A stretch of 64,000 nt of DNA. Source: Candidatus Omnitrophota bacterium (GTDB taxonomy: Bacteria; Omnitrophota; Gorgyraeia; Gygaellales; Profunditerraquicolaceae). The stretch spans positions 33,747 to 97,746 of the forward strand of contig JAGVER010000014.1 of the NCBI GenBank assembly GCA_020058085.1. The letters are read 5' to 3'. Positions 18,592-28,062 of the stretch are shown one piece after another. Numbering within the stretch: the first letter of the stretch is position 1; the number at the start of each line of letters is the position of its first letter. The position numbers were made by a program, and so were the translations under genes. Under the pieces are notes generated by a model that was given only the letters and a program-made list of their open reading frames with translations, was not told where the DNA came from and did no database searches.

Positions 18592-20643
18592 TCAAGGAAA
18601 ATAATCCTCCTGGCCGCGGAAATAATCTTTCATCATCTCAAGAAACTCTTGGTCTCTTTTTCTATCTTTAACCGGTTCATCCAGCTGATCATGCTCAAAG
18701 TCGTCTTCTGCTGGCGCTTCTAACTCTACCTTAACTAAATTATTCAATATATTTCCTTCATCTAAAAAGCGGGAGACTTGAGTAAAAACTGACCCGCCGC
18801 CATCCATAAAACCCCGGGGAGATCGGTCAATATGCGGTTTAAGCAAAAATAAATTCTCCTTAGCGCGGGTTGAGGCTACATAAAATAATCGGCGCTCTTC
18901 TTCAATGGCATCTTCGTCTTCAAAGGATAAATATGAAGGCAGATGCCCTTCAGCTACATAAATCATAAATACCGTATGCCATTCTAGGCCCTTGGCTGAA
19001 TGTATTGTAGAAAGAGTAAGCGGGGCATCGTCTTTATCTCTTAATCCCGCCTCAATAATACCCCTCTCCGGAGGCTCTAAGGCAATATCTGTAAGAAACT
19101 CCTCTAAGGATTTATAGCGTCCGGCAATACGCAATAATGAATCCAAATCATTAAAGCGCTTATGAAAATCATCGTATTTATTTTTAAGCAGCGGCTGGTA
19201 ATATTCTAAAAATGCTTCGATAATCTTAGCCGGCTCGCAACAAAGAACGTTAACCTCGCCGAGTAGCTTAAAAAGTTTAGCCACTTCTTCATTCTTACGT
19301 AAGGATAACTCTTTAGTTAAATTTTCTTTATCGCCGATTAGATTAATTATCTTTTCCGCGCCCTTAGGGCCTATTCCGGGGATCAGAAGCAAGGCGCGCA
19401 ACCAACTAACCTGATCTGACCAGTTATAAGCAATACGCAGGTAAGAAATGATATCTTTTATATGAGCTGCCTCAACAAATTTCTGGCCGCCATACTTTAC
19501 AAAAGGTATATTGCGGCTGGCCAACTCTACCTCTAAATCATTAGAATGCCAGCCTGAACGAAATAATATTGCCATATCATTTAACTCTAATCCCTCTTCT
19601 CTTAATTGCAGTATCTTGTCCGCGATATATTTTGACTGCGCGTTTTCATCAGTAGCATCAATAAAGATGGGTTGCTTATCCCCTTTTTTGCGCGTGTAGA
19701 GATTTTTCTTAAAACTCTCTTTGGCCCGGCCAATAACTTTATTGGTAAGATCTAATATCGGCTGGGTTGAGCGGTAATTTTCTTCCAAAGTAATAATTTT
19801 AGCCCCTTTAAATATACGCGGGAATCCCATAATATTCTTAAAATTCGCGCCGCGAAAAGAATAAATACTCTGGGCATCGTCACCCACAACCATAATATTC
19901 TTATTCTCCGAGGCAAGGAGGCAGGCGACATAAGCCTGCAGGTTATTCGTATCCTGATATTCGTCAACCATAATATATTTATATTTTTTAGCTAAAACAA
20001 GGCGTACATCTTGATGGTTAGTAAGGAGGTCTTTTAAATAAACCAGTAGATCATCGTAATCCAAGAGAGATTTGGCGCGCTTATACTTCTGGTATCCATC
20101 GCGGATCTTCTTAATATCTTCGCTAAATTCCATAAACTGCGGGTATTCATCATATAAGACATCGTCTAACTTCTGAGATTTATTAATACTTTTGGATATG
20201 ACTTCCAGTATTGCCTTTTTTCTAGGAAACCTCTTTTCGCCTTTATTAAAACCTAGCTGTGTACGCACCAAATTAATTGTATCTTGCGCATCCGGGGAAT
20301 CAAGAATGGTGAAATTATTAGCTAGCCCTAAAACCGAAGCGTATCTTCTTAAAGTCGCGTTGGCAAAAGAATGAAATGTCCCCCCGGATACTTTAGCGCA
20401 ACGTTCGTCAAGTAATAAGGTTGCGCGCTTAAGCATCTCTTCGGCTGCCCGACGGGTAAAGGTAAGCAGCAATATTTCATCCGGACGCACACCTTTCTCA
20501 ACTAAATATGCTACACGATGTACTAAAACACGAGTTTTCCCGCTTCCTGCTCCGGCAATAACCAAATAAGCGCCCTCAATAGATTCAACTGCCTCTAGCT
20601 GGGCAGGATTAAGTTCTTTTTTATAATCTAATTTTTCTTTCAT
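18592..20643 (-). CDS. UvrD/PcrA/Rep-family ATP-dependent DNA helicase (start corrected to MKEKLDY)
   Basis: AGAGSGKT, VDEYQDTN, VGDDAQSIY, NYRS, STIHSAKGLEW, EERRLFYVA.TRA. Confidence 0.95.
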   Translation of the reverse strand: MKEKLDYKKELNPAQLEAVESIEGAYLVIAGAGSGKTRVLVHRVAYLVEKGVRPDEILLLTFTRRAAEEMLKRATLLLDERCAKVSGGTFHSFANATLRRYASVLGLANNFTILDSPDAQDTINLVRTQLGFNKGEKRFPRKKAILEVISKSINKSQKLDDVLYDEYPQFMEFSEDIKKIRDGYQKYKRAKSLLDYDDLLVYLKDLLTNHQDVRLVLAKKYKYIMVDEYQDTNNLQAYVACLLASENKNIMVVGDDAQSIYSFRGANFKNIMGFPRIFKGAKIITLEENYRSTQPILDLTNKVIGRAKESFKKNLYTRKKGDKQPIFIDATDENAQSKYIADKILQLREEGLELNDMAILFRSGWHSNDLEVELASRNIPFVKYGGQKFVEAAHIKDIISYLRIAYNWSDQVSWLRALLLIPGIGPKGAEKIINLIGDKENLTKELSLRKNEEVAKLFKLLGEVNVLCCEPAKIIEAFLEYYQPLLKNKYDDFHKRFNDLDSLLRIAGRYKSLEEFLTDIALEPPERGIIEAGLRDKDDAPLTLSTIHSAKGLEWHTVFMIYVAEGHLPSYLSFEDEDAIEEERRLFYVASTRAKENLFLLKPHIDRSPRGFMDGGGSVFTQVSRFLDEGNILNNLVKVELEAPAEDDFEHDQLDEPVKDRKRDQEFLEMMKDYFRGQEDYFP

Positions 20644-20659
20644 AACGAGCCAACAATAA

Positions 20660-23600
20660 TTATCGTTTTTCTTTCTGTTTCTGTTTTTCTTCAATGAGCT
20701 TCTGGGTGATTTCCTGCGGAACTTGCAGGTATTTGGAGAACTCCATCGTAGCATTTGCGCGGCCTGATGAGAGGGAACGAAATGCGGTTGCATAACCGAA
20801 CATCTCAGATAATGGTACTTCGGCAGAGATAATTTTCTGTTTACCTTTAGCATCCATATTCAAAATCTTACCGCGATGCGAACAGATATAACCTACGCAG
20901 CCATTGACATACTCTTCCGGGGTAGCTACTTCTAAAGACATGTATGGCTCAAGCAGAATCGGCTTGGCCTTCATAAAGGCCTCTTTAAAACCAAAAATCC
21001 CGGCCATCTTAAAAGCAAGTTCCGAGGAATCTACATCATGAAATGATCCATCATAAAGTTCTACTTTCAAATCTACAATAGGATAGCCAACATACACGCC
21101 ATTCTGTATTGCTTCAATCACGCCTTTCTCTACCGCAGGAATAAATGAGCGCGGAATCGATCCTCCTTTTATAGAATCAATAAATTCAAACCCTTCTCCC
21201 GACGAAACAGGAATTAATCTTAACAAAGCGTGCCCATATTGTCCGCGGCCACCGGATTGTTTAATATATTTACCCTCACCCTCGGCTTCTTCGGTAATCG
21301 TCTCACGATAAGCAACTTTAGGTTGACCCACAATCGCCTCAACCCCAAACTCTTCTTTCAACCTATCCACAATAATCTCAAGGTGTAATTCTCCCATTCC
21401 GGTAAGCACAACTTCTTTAGTCTCTTCATCGGTATGCACCAGAAAAGTCGGGTCTTCTTCAGTAAGCTTAGCCAAACCCTTTCCAAGTTTATCCTGGTCT
21501 CCGCGGCTTTTCGGCTCAATACTTAAAGAAACAACCGGCGTAGGAAATTGTATCGCTTCTAATAAAATCGGGTGCTCCGAATCACAAAGCGTATCTCCGG
21601 TTACAGTATCATTTAATCCTGCTACTGCCACAATATCTCCGGTAAAAGCATATTCAATATTTTCGCGTTGATTAGCATGCATCTGCACAATACGAGCAAT
21701 TCTCTCTCTCTTGTCCTTAGTGGAATTTAAAGCATATGTTCCGGTCTCTAAACACCCGGAATAAACACGCACATAGACAATTTTACCCATATGCGGATCA
21801 GCCTGCACCTTAAAAGCAAGGCCTGAAAATGGTTCATTAATATCCGGATTGCGTAATAATATTTTTTCTTTATCATCTAAATCGTGGCCTTCTACCGCCG
21901 GCAGATCCAGAGGGGAAGGAAGATACATAGTAACAGCGTCAAGTAATTTCTGAACACCCTTATTCTTAAAAGCTGAACCGCAGATAACCGGCACAGCTTT
22001 ATTGGCTACGGTCCCCTTACGAATGGCGCTAACTAAATCTTCCGGAGTAATCGTTCCTTCACCTGACTCAAGATATTGTTTCATCAGGGCTTCATCAAAA
22101 ACCGTAGCCTTCTCAACCATTATATGTCGGTATTCCTTCGCTTTCTCCAAATAATCCTGCGGGATCTCTTCAACACGGTATTCCTTGCCTTGGGATTCTT
22201 CCTCATAAAAATAGGCTTTCATCTCTAACAAGTCAATTACACCCTTAAAACTATCTTCTGCGCCTAAGGGTATTTCTATAGGAATAGGATTCCCTCCTAA
22301 GTCCGCTTCAATTCCTTTTAAGACCGCGTAAAAATCAGCTCCGGTCCGGTCCATCTTATTTACAAATCCTATTTTAGGAACATTATATTTATTAGATTGA
22401 TGCCAGACTGTCTCTGACTGCGGCTCAATCCCTCCTACGGCGCAAAATACCGCTACCGCACCATCTAAAACACGTAAAGAACGCTCTACCTCAACCGTAA
22501 AATCCACATGTCCGGGAGTATCGATTATATTTATGCGGTAACCTTTCCAGAAACAAGTAGTTGCCGCAGAAGTAATAGTAATACCTCGTTCCTGTTCCTG
22601 CTTCATCCAATCCATAACCGCAGAACCATCATGTACCTCACCTATTTTGTGCGAACGTCCGGTATAAAAAAGGATCCTCTCGGTAGTAGTAGTTTTGCCG
22701 GCATCAATATGCGCCATAATTCCGATATTGCGCGTCTTATCTAATGCATATTTTGGTTTGGGCCGTGGTTGATCTTTAGGCTTAGACACTTCTTCAGCTG
22801 GTATGGTGCTCTCCTCTTTAAGAGGAGTAACGGGCGGCGCTTCAGGGGTAGGCACAACCACTTCTTCTTGTATAGGGGGCTTAGGTTCTTCTGCCTGCGG
22901 CTTAGGCTCCTCTTGCACTGGAGGCTTTAATTCTTCTTTAATCTCAATGGCTGGCTCTTCTTGAGTAACTTCTTTAGGTTTTTCCTCAGGCGGATTTTCC
23001 TCAAGAGATTTTTCTTCGGAAGTGCTTTTTTCAGAGTGCTTTTTTAAATTGACAATCTCTTCGGCGAAACTCTTTAGCTTCTCATCCTTATGTTCTAATT
23101 CCTTCTCTAATTCCGTATATTCTTCGTTTAATTTATTAAACTCCGCCTTGGGGACCCACTCGCTGATTTTTTCTTTGTTCTTAAATTCAAGGATTGTCTT
23201 GAGATGGTCTTTAATATCCTGTCCATTCTTTTCTATCCTGTGCTTCTGTATTTCAATCTGCTCGGATTGCTCTTTAATTATCTTATCCAATGCCTCTGAC
23301 TTTTCATTAAACTCCCTTATCTCTTTCTGTAGGTTTACATTTTTGGTGAACTCTTCCTGCGATTCTTTCTCTTTCCCCAGAAATTTATTTTTTAAATCTA
23401 AATTTTCCGCTTTGACTTTATTAAGCATCTCTTCAGATTTAGCTACCCATTCTTGCCTACGGTTTAATTCCTGTTTTAGTTCATCGTCCTTATTTGTTGC
23501 CTCTTGAAATTTAACTTTTTCCGCGGCAGAAGCGGATTTTGTTTTCTCAAGCTCTGCTTCTAAAGATTTAATCTTTTCCCCAAGCCCTGATATCTTCTGG

Positions 23601-23755
23601 TCGCGGAAATCCGGGAGCGAACTTAAAGAAGCAGAAATATCCTTTTTCTTCCGCTTCTTATTTTCATTAGAATCCCCGGAAGAAAAAAGGCTAAATAACG
23701 CATATATAATCATCCCTGCCGCGGGAATCAAAACTATTAATATTTGCTTATCCAT
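20660..23755 (-). CDS. fusA: Elongation factor G with a 334-aa N-terminal TM/coiled-coil/Pro-rich extension
   Basis: From residue 335: [59 protein letters not shown]; single uninterrupted ORF. Confidence 0.92.
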   Translation of the reverse strand: MDKQILIVLIPAAGMIIYALFSLFSSGDSNENKKRKKKDISASLSSLPDFRDQKISGLGEKIKSLEAELEKTKSASAAEKVKFQEATNKDDELKQELNRRQEWVAKSEEMLNKVKAENLDLKNKFLGKEKESQEEFTKNVNLQKEIREFNEKSEALDKIIKEQSEQIEIQKHRIEKNGQDIKDHLKTILEFKNKEKISEWVPKAEFNKLNEEYTELEKELEHKDEKLKSFAEEIVNLKKHSEKSTSEEKSLEENPPEEKPKEVTQEEPAIEIKEELKPPVQEEPKPQAEEPKPPIQEEVVVPTPEAPPVTPLKEESTIPAEEVSKPKDQPRPKPKYALDKTRNIGIMAHIDAGKTTTTERILFYTGRSHKIGEVHDGSAVMDWMKQEQERGITITSAATTCFWKGYRINIIDTPGHVDFTVEVERSLRVLDGAVAVFCAVGGIEPQSETVWHQSNKYNVPKIGFVNKMDRTGADFYAVLKGIEADLGGNPIPIEIPLGAEDSFKGVIDLLEMKAYFYEEESQGKEYRVEEIPQDYLEKAKEYRHIMVEKATVFDEALMKQYLESGEGTITPEDLVSAIRKGTVANKAVPVICGSAFKNKGVQKLLDAVTMYLPSPLDLPAVEGHDLDDKEKILLRNPDINEPFSGLAFKVQADPHMGKIVYVRVYSGCLETGTYALNSTKDKRERIARIVQMHANQRENIEYAFTGDIVAVAGLNDTVTGDTLCDSEHPILLEAIQFPTPVVSLSIEPKSRGDQDKLGKGLAKLTEEDPTFLVHTDEETKEVVLTGMGELHLEIIVDRLKEEFGVEAIVGQPKVAYRETITEEAEGEGKYIKQSGGRGQYGHALLRLIPVSSGEGFEFIDSIKGGSIPRSFIPAVEKGVIEAIQNGVYVGYPIVDLKVELYDGSFHDVDSSELAFKMAGIFGFKEAFMKAKPILLEPYMSLEVATPEEYVNGCVGYICSHRGKILNMDAKGKQKIISAEVPLSEMFGYATAFRSLSSGRANATMEFSKYLQVPQEITQKLIEEKQKQKEKR

Positions 23756-23758
23756 ATT

Positions 23759-25066
23759 CTATTTCACGCTTTTACGCAACTTCTCCATGCGTTCTTTAAT
23801 CTTAGCTTCATACCCTATATCCGTAGGTTCATAGTAACGCACTTTCTTACGGGTGTATTTTTGTTTTACATAATGCCCTTCGTAATCATGGGCATATTTG
23901 TAATCTTTGCCGTGATTTAAAGTAGCACCATCTAAAGTAGCGTCTTTTAAGTGATCCGGGACCTCTTGCACCTTATTATTCTCTATATCTTGCATGGCTT
24001 TGTCAATGGCTAAGTAGCTGGCATTTGATTTAAGGGCGCAAGATATATAAATTACCGCTTGAGCCAATGGTATACGCGCTTCAGGCATCCCTACAAATTC
24101 TGAGATTTGTAACGCGGCATTAGCTAAAACCAAAGCCAGAGGATCGGCATTACCTACATCTTCAGCTGCTAAGATGCAGATCCTGCGCGCGATAAAACGA
24201 GGGTCTTCTCCGGCATAAAGCATCTTGGCCATCCAATAGAGCGCGGCGTCCGGATCGCTTCCGCGCATAGATTTAATAAATGCCGAAGCAGTATCATAGT
24301 GGCCATCTTCATCTTTATCGTAAACAACCGGTTTTTTCTGAATAGATTCCGCGGCAATCTCCAAATTAAGATTAATAAACCCGTCTTTTGATTTGGGGGT
24401 AGTGAGTACTCCTACCTCAAGGGCATTAAGCGCCCTACGAGCATCACCCTCACAGATATGCGCTAAAAATTCCAGCGCTTTATTTTCAGCTTTAACTTTT
24501 AAATTACCTAAACCTAAGTTTTTATCCTTTAAGGCTAAATTAAGAATAGTGATAATTTCATTTTCTTTTAGGGCCTTTAACTCGCAAACCAGGGAACGCG
24601 ATAAAAGCGGAGCAACGAGAGAAAAGAAAGGATTATGAACAGTAGCGCCAATAAGTATAGGATTCCCGCTCTCTATATCAGGAAGTAAAACATCCTGCTG
24701 TGCTTTATTAAAGCGATGGATCTCGTCGATAAAAAGAATCGTCTTCTTGCTGGTATTTATCTGCTTCTGCTTAGCGACAGCTATTGCCTTGCGCAGTTCA
24801 TCAACATTAGATGTCGTGGCATTGATTGCCGTATAGTTGGCCTTACTGATATTGGCAATACACCAAGCCAGGGAAGTCTTTCCTGTACCCGGAGGGCCAA
24901 ATAGAATAAGAGAACTTAAACGATCGGCCTCGATTGCCCGGCGTAAAAGTTTTCCTTTACCTATTATATGAGTTTGTCCAACATAAGAATCTAGAGATGC
25001 CGGACGCATACGTACGGCTAAAGGCAGGTCTTTAGAACTAAGCTCCTTTTCTTCGAAGAAATCCAT
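23759..25066 (-). CDS. rarA: Replication-associated recombination protein A (RarA/MgsA AAA+ ATPase)
   Basis: PLAVRMRP, GPPGTGKT, FIDEIHRFNKAQQD, SAFIKSMRGSD. Confidence 0.96.
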   Translation of the reverse strand: MDFFEEKELSSKDLPLAVRMRPASLDSYVGQTHIIGKGKLLRRAIEADRLSSLILFGPPGTGKTSLAWCIANISKANYTAINATTSNVDELRKAIAVAKQKQINTSKKTILFIDEIHRFNKAQQDVLLPDIESGNPILIGATVHNPFFSLVAPLLSRSLVCELKALKENEIITILNLALKDKNLGLGNLKVKAENKALEFLAHICEGDARRALNALEVGVLTTPKSKDGFINLNLEIAAESIQKKPVVYDKDEDGHYDTASAFIKSMRGSDPDAALYWMAKMLYAGEDPRFIARRICILAAEDVGNADPLALVLANAALQISEFVGMPEARIPLAQAVIYISCALKSNASYLAIDKAMQDIENNKVQEVPDHLKDATLDGATLNHGKDYKYAHDYEGHYVKQKYTRKKVRYYEPTDIGYEAKIKERMEKLRKSVK

Positions 25067-25130
25067 GACTTATTTTAACACAAAAGGCAGGCTATATAAA
25101 CAAAAAGGTGCGTGAAATAGAATATCGCAG

Positions 25131-25955
25131 TTAATTATTAATAGTAGATAAAATATCACTATAGATATCGAGGACATTGTCATCTTCCAGATGAAGAAAA
25201 TGCCCGACATTCTTAATAATTTTCATTTTGCAATTCGGGATTTGCGCGGCCAAAAATTTAACATCCTCAAGGTCTATGATTGTATCCTTCTCGCCGTTCA
25301 ATAATATAGTTTCAACTTTAATATTTTTAAAATCAACTATATCACCTAAACTTTTCGCCGAGAGTATAAACAAACCATGCTCGCAGAAGGCGCGCAGACT
25401 CTCCTTACTCATCGCGGAGAATTGTTTGGATATTCTTTCCTTAATCTGCCCCGGTAAATTCTCGCCGAAGCTCTTAATAAGGACTTGCGCCATTGCCTTA
25501 CGTTCACGATCATCCATATTGCAGCCTTTTTTAATGGTTTCAACCATTTTCTTATTCGGCCTTGTCCCCATCCCCGCTAATATCAACCGCTTAACGAGTT
25601 GGGGATATTTCGTAGCAAAAACCATAGCGACAACCCCTCCCCACGAAGCAGAACATAAAACAATATTAGAAGCGCCTGTTGCCTTGATTACTCCGCTTAA
25701 AATCTCAACTTGTTCATCAATAGACGCGCTTAGTGAACCACTCTCAACAGAAGATTTACCTTGTCCCGGAAAATCAAATAAGATAATCTTGTGGTCTTGA
25801 GAAAAACGACTGACAAAACTATGCCACATCGCCATGGATTGCTGAACACCATTTAAACAGACAAGATGAAGGCCATCATTCCCGTAAACACGATAAGGAA
25901 TAATGAACCTTTTTATCTTAACCTGTCCCTTAGTAATCGCTGGTAAAACCTTCAT
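25131..25955 (-). CDS. Alpha/beta hydrolase, RhlA/PhaG-like
   Basis: LFDFPGQGKS, VEIL, nucleophile elbow SASWGG, NGEKD, GHFLHLE; SD GGGAG. Confidence 0.8.
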   Translation of the reverse strand: MKVLPAITKGQVKIKRFIIPYRVYGNDGLHLVCLNGVQQSMAMWHSFVSRFSQDHKIILFDFPGQGKSSVESGSLSASIDEQVEILSGVIKATGASNIVLCSASWGGVVAMVFATKYPQLVKRLILAGMGTRPNKKMVETIKKGCNMDDRERKAMAQVLIKSFGENLPGQIKERISKQFSAMSKESLRAFCEHGLFILSAKSLGDIVDFKNIKVETILLNGEKDTIIDLEDVKFLAAQIPNCKMKIIKNVGHFLHLEDDNVLDIYSDILSTINN

Positions 25956-26030
25956 TGCTCACTATCTCCCTTAAAGAATATTATTTAGCTTATCATTATT
26001 TTATTCTTATCTCCAGCATTCTTTAACCTT

Positions 26031-26714
26031 TTATCCATTATAGAGGTTCCCATCAATGATGCGAACGATGCGACGCGCATAATGAGATACCATGTCATCA
26101 TGAGTAACTAAAAGAATTGTCGTCTTATGCTCCTCATTTATTTTTTGTAATAAACCGAGGGTGTTTTTAGCATTACCACTATCTAAATTTCCTGTCGGCT
26201 CATCTGCTAAAATGCATTGAGGCTCGTGGAGTAAGGCGCGCGCGATGCATACCCGCTGACGTTCCCCTGCAGATAGGGTTTCTACCCGCGAATTTATTTT
26301 CTCGCGGATATTTAAATATTCAAGATACATCTCTGCTTTCTTAATTGTGGAAGCGGGAAGACTAAACTGATACAGAGAGGGAAACAACATATTTTCTAAT
26401 GCCGTAAAACGCGGATAGAGATAAAAATCCTGGAAGACAAAACCAATATTATTCCTACGGTAAAGAGCCTTGTTCTTTACAATCTCAAGGGGTTTTTCCT
26501 GGAAATATATTTCGCCGGAGGTAGGTTTAAGCAAGCCTGCCAAGAGATAAAGAAGCGTACTCTTGCCGCTTCCGCTTGGCCCTTTAATCCCCACAAATTC
26601 TCCCTTGGTAACCGTAAAACTTAAATCACGTAGAGCGAAAGATTGTGTTTGCGGATAGAATTTTCGTAAGTTAACAGTCCGGAAAATGTTTTCTCTGCAA
26701 GAACATTTATTCAC
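26031..26714 (-). CDS. ABC transporter ATP-binding protein (LolD/MacB type)
   Basis: GPSGSGKST, LSAGERQR, LADEPTGNLD, VTHD. Confidence 0.93.
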   Translation of the reverse strand: MNKCSCRENIFRTVNLRKFYPQTQSFALRDLSFTVTKGEFVGIKGPSGSGKSTLLYLLAGLLKPTSGEIYFQEKPLEIVKNKALYRRNNIGFVFQDFYLYPRFTALENMLFPSLYQFSLPASTIKKAEMYLEYLNIREKINSRVETLSAGERQRVCIARALLHEPQCILADEPTGNLDSGNAKNTLGLLQKINEEHKTTILLVTHDDMVSHYARRIVRIIDGNLYNG

Positions 26715-27825
26715 TTCTTATAATCTCCACAGGATTAGAATTCAGTGTTATCCAGGTAGGGACTGCCGCAGCAAAAACCGCACTCCCTAAAATAATCCCT
26801 GTAATTTTTAGTATAAAAACAATTCCTAGCGTAGGAACAAGCGCATTGATGCCAGTTATACCAAAGATGTATGCTGTCCCTTTAAAACCCAGCAATATTC
26901 CAAGAGCGCCCCCGATGAATGCGACGATTAAAGATTCACAAATAAAAAGCAAAGCGATTTCAACCTTCTGCCATCCCAAAGCAAGTAAGATAGCGAGAAG
27001 CTTGCGTTTTTCAAAACTGGAAGTAACCATAGTATTAGCTAAGCCCAAGGCCACCGCGATAACAGTAATCAAGCTCACGAGAAAAGAAAATTGTTCTCCC
27101 ATTACAATGAATTTTGTCTTTTCGGAAACAAATGCGTCCGCTCTCATAGCCGCGATGGTCGGAAAAAGACGCTCGATCTCTTTTATCGTGCTCTCAATCA
27201 TAGCTTCCGATCGATACTGAGGCTTTAACTTTACGTTAATAAAAGTTGCCTTGCCTTCTTCATGGATTGTTTTCTGAAGATCTGCTAATGGCATCAGCAC
27301 AGCAAATTGTTCAAAAGGACTACTGCTCTTAAACACACCGACAACAATAAATGAGACCCCTTTGATTTTGATCTCTTTTTCATTTTCTTTCCCTAAACTC
27401 CTCGCCAGGGAATCACCGACCATGACTTCTTTTTTCCCAAGAGCAGGCCTCCTGCCATGGATAAGTTCAACGGCGTCAAATAAAAAGCTGTTCTCTTCCC
27501 ATCCAAAGACAGGAACCGCAACTCCTTTGATTTTATGAAGATATAAAAGCGTAGCCGAAGCATCCTCTATGGCCGAAATTCCTTGAATTTCTTGCGTAAG
27601 GTGTGCATCCACTCTGCTCAACAAAATACTCAACTGATCTTTCTCTTCAATAATTATCTCTATCTGGCGTTTACCATAAATATCTTTAAAAGAATTTTTT
27701 ATGCTTTCCCCTATACCTAGCATAATAATGCATACAGATACCCCAATACTAACCCCGCAAATAGTAAGGAAGACACGCATTTTTTTCTGAAAGATGTCTT
27801 TAACTAAAAAATATAATATATTCAT
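26707..27825 (-). CDS. ABC transporter permease (MacB/FtsX/LolE family; start corrected to MNILYF)
   Basis: N-terminal TM, large periplasmic domain, three C-terminal TMs; the ORF-track extension overlaps the 6S RNA end. Confidence 0.88.
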   Translation of the reverse strand: MNILYFLVKDIFQKKMRVFLTICGVSIGVSVCIIMLGIGESIKNSFKDIYGKRQIEIIIEEKDQLSILLSRVDAHLTQEIQGISAIEDASATLLYLHKIKGVAVPVFGWEENSFLFDAVELIHGRRPALGKKEVMVGDSLARSLGKENEKEIKIKGVSFIVVGVFKSSSPFEQFAVLMPLADLQKTIHEEGKATFINVKLKPQYRSEAMIESTIKEIERLFPTIAAMRADAFVSEKTKFIVMGEQFSFLVSLITVIAVALGLANTMVTSSFEKRKLLAILLALGWQKVEIALLFICESLIVAFIGGALGILLGFKGTAYIFGITGINALVPTLGIVFILKITGIILGSAVFAAAVPTWITLNSNPVEIIRSE

Positions 27826-27851
27826 AAGATTGATCCTGCTCGATAAAAAAA

Positions 27852-28008
27852 ATCCCCGCATCGTGCCGTCGGACTGAATAGCTTGAACCAGTTTATTTTA
27901 AGGTGGGTGCCCTCTCTCGGATGCTTAAGGCATACGTGAATACGGGCTCCCTTGATATTTTTGTTGGTTCAAAAATTATCAAATTTCCGACGCGCACAGC
28001 AGGGATAT
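27852..28008 (-). ncRNA. ssrS: 6S RNA
   Basis: Long self-complementary rod on - strand: ATCCCTGC..GTGC.CGTCGGA...TTGAACC...GGGAG...CCCACCT...GGTTCAA...TCCGACGGCAC..GCGGGGAT with central bubble; downstream of pheT, a common ssrS position. Confidence 0.85.
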
Positions 28009-28031
28009 CTAAAAGAGCGATTTCTAGAAAA

Positions 28032-28059
28032 AGTATAGCATATATCCCGGAAAAGTCAA
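28032..28059 (-). promoter_or_regulatory. Sigma70-type promoter of 6S RNA
   Basis: TTGACT-16 bp-TATACT with extended -10 TG. Confidence 0.75.
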
Positions 28060-28062
28060 TCC

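Noticed and set aside
20644-20853. 70-aa N-terminal extension of the UvrD helicase
   Set aside because: Overlaps the EF-G 3' end in another frame; the family start is MKEKLDY at 20643
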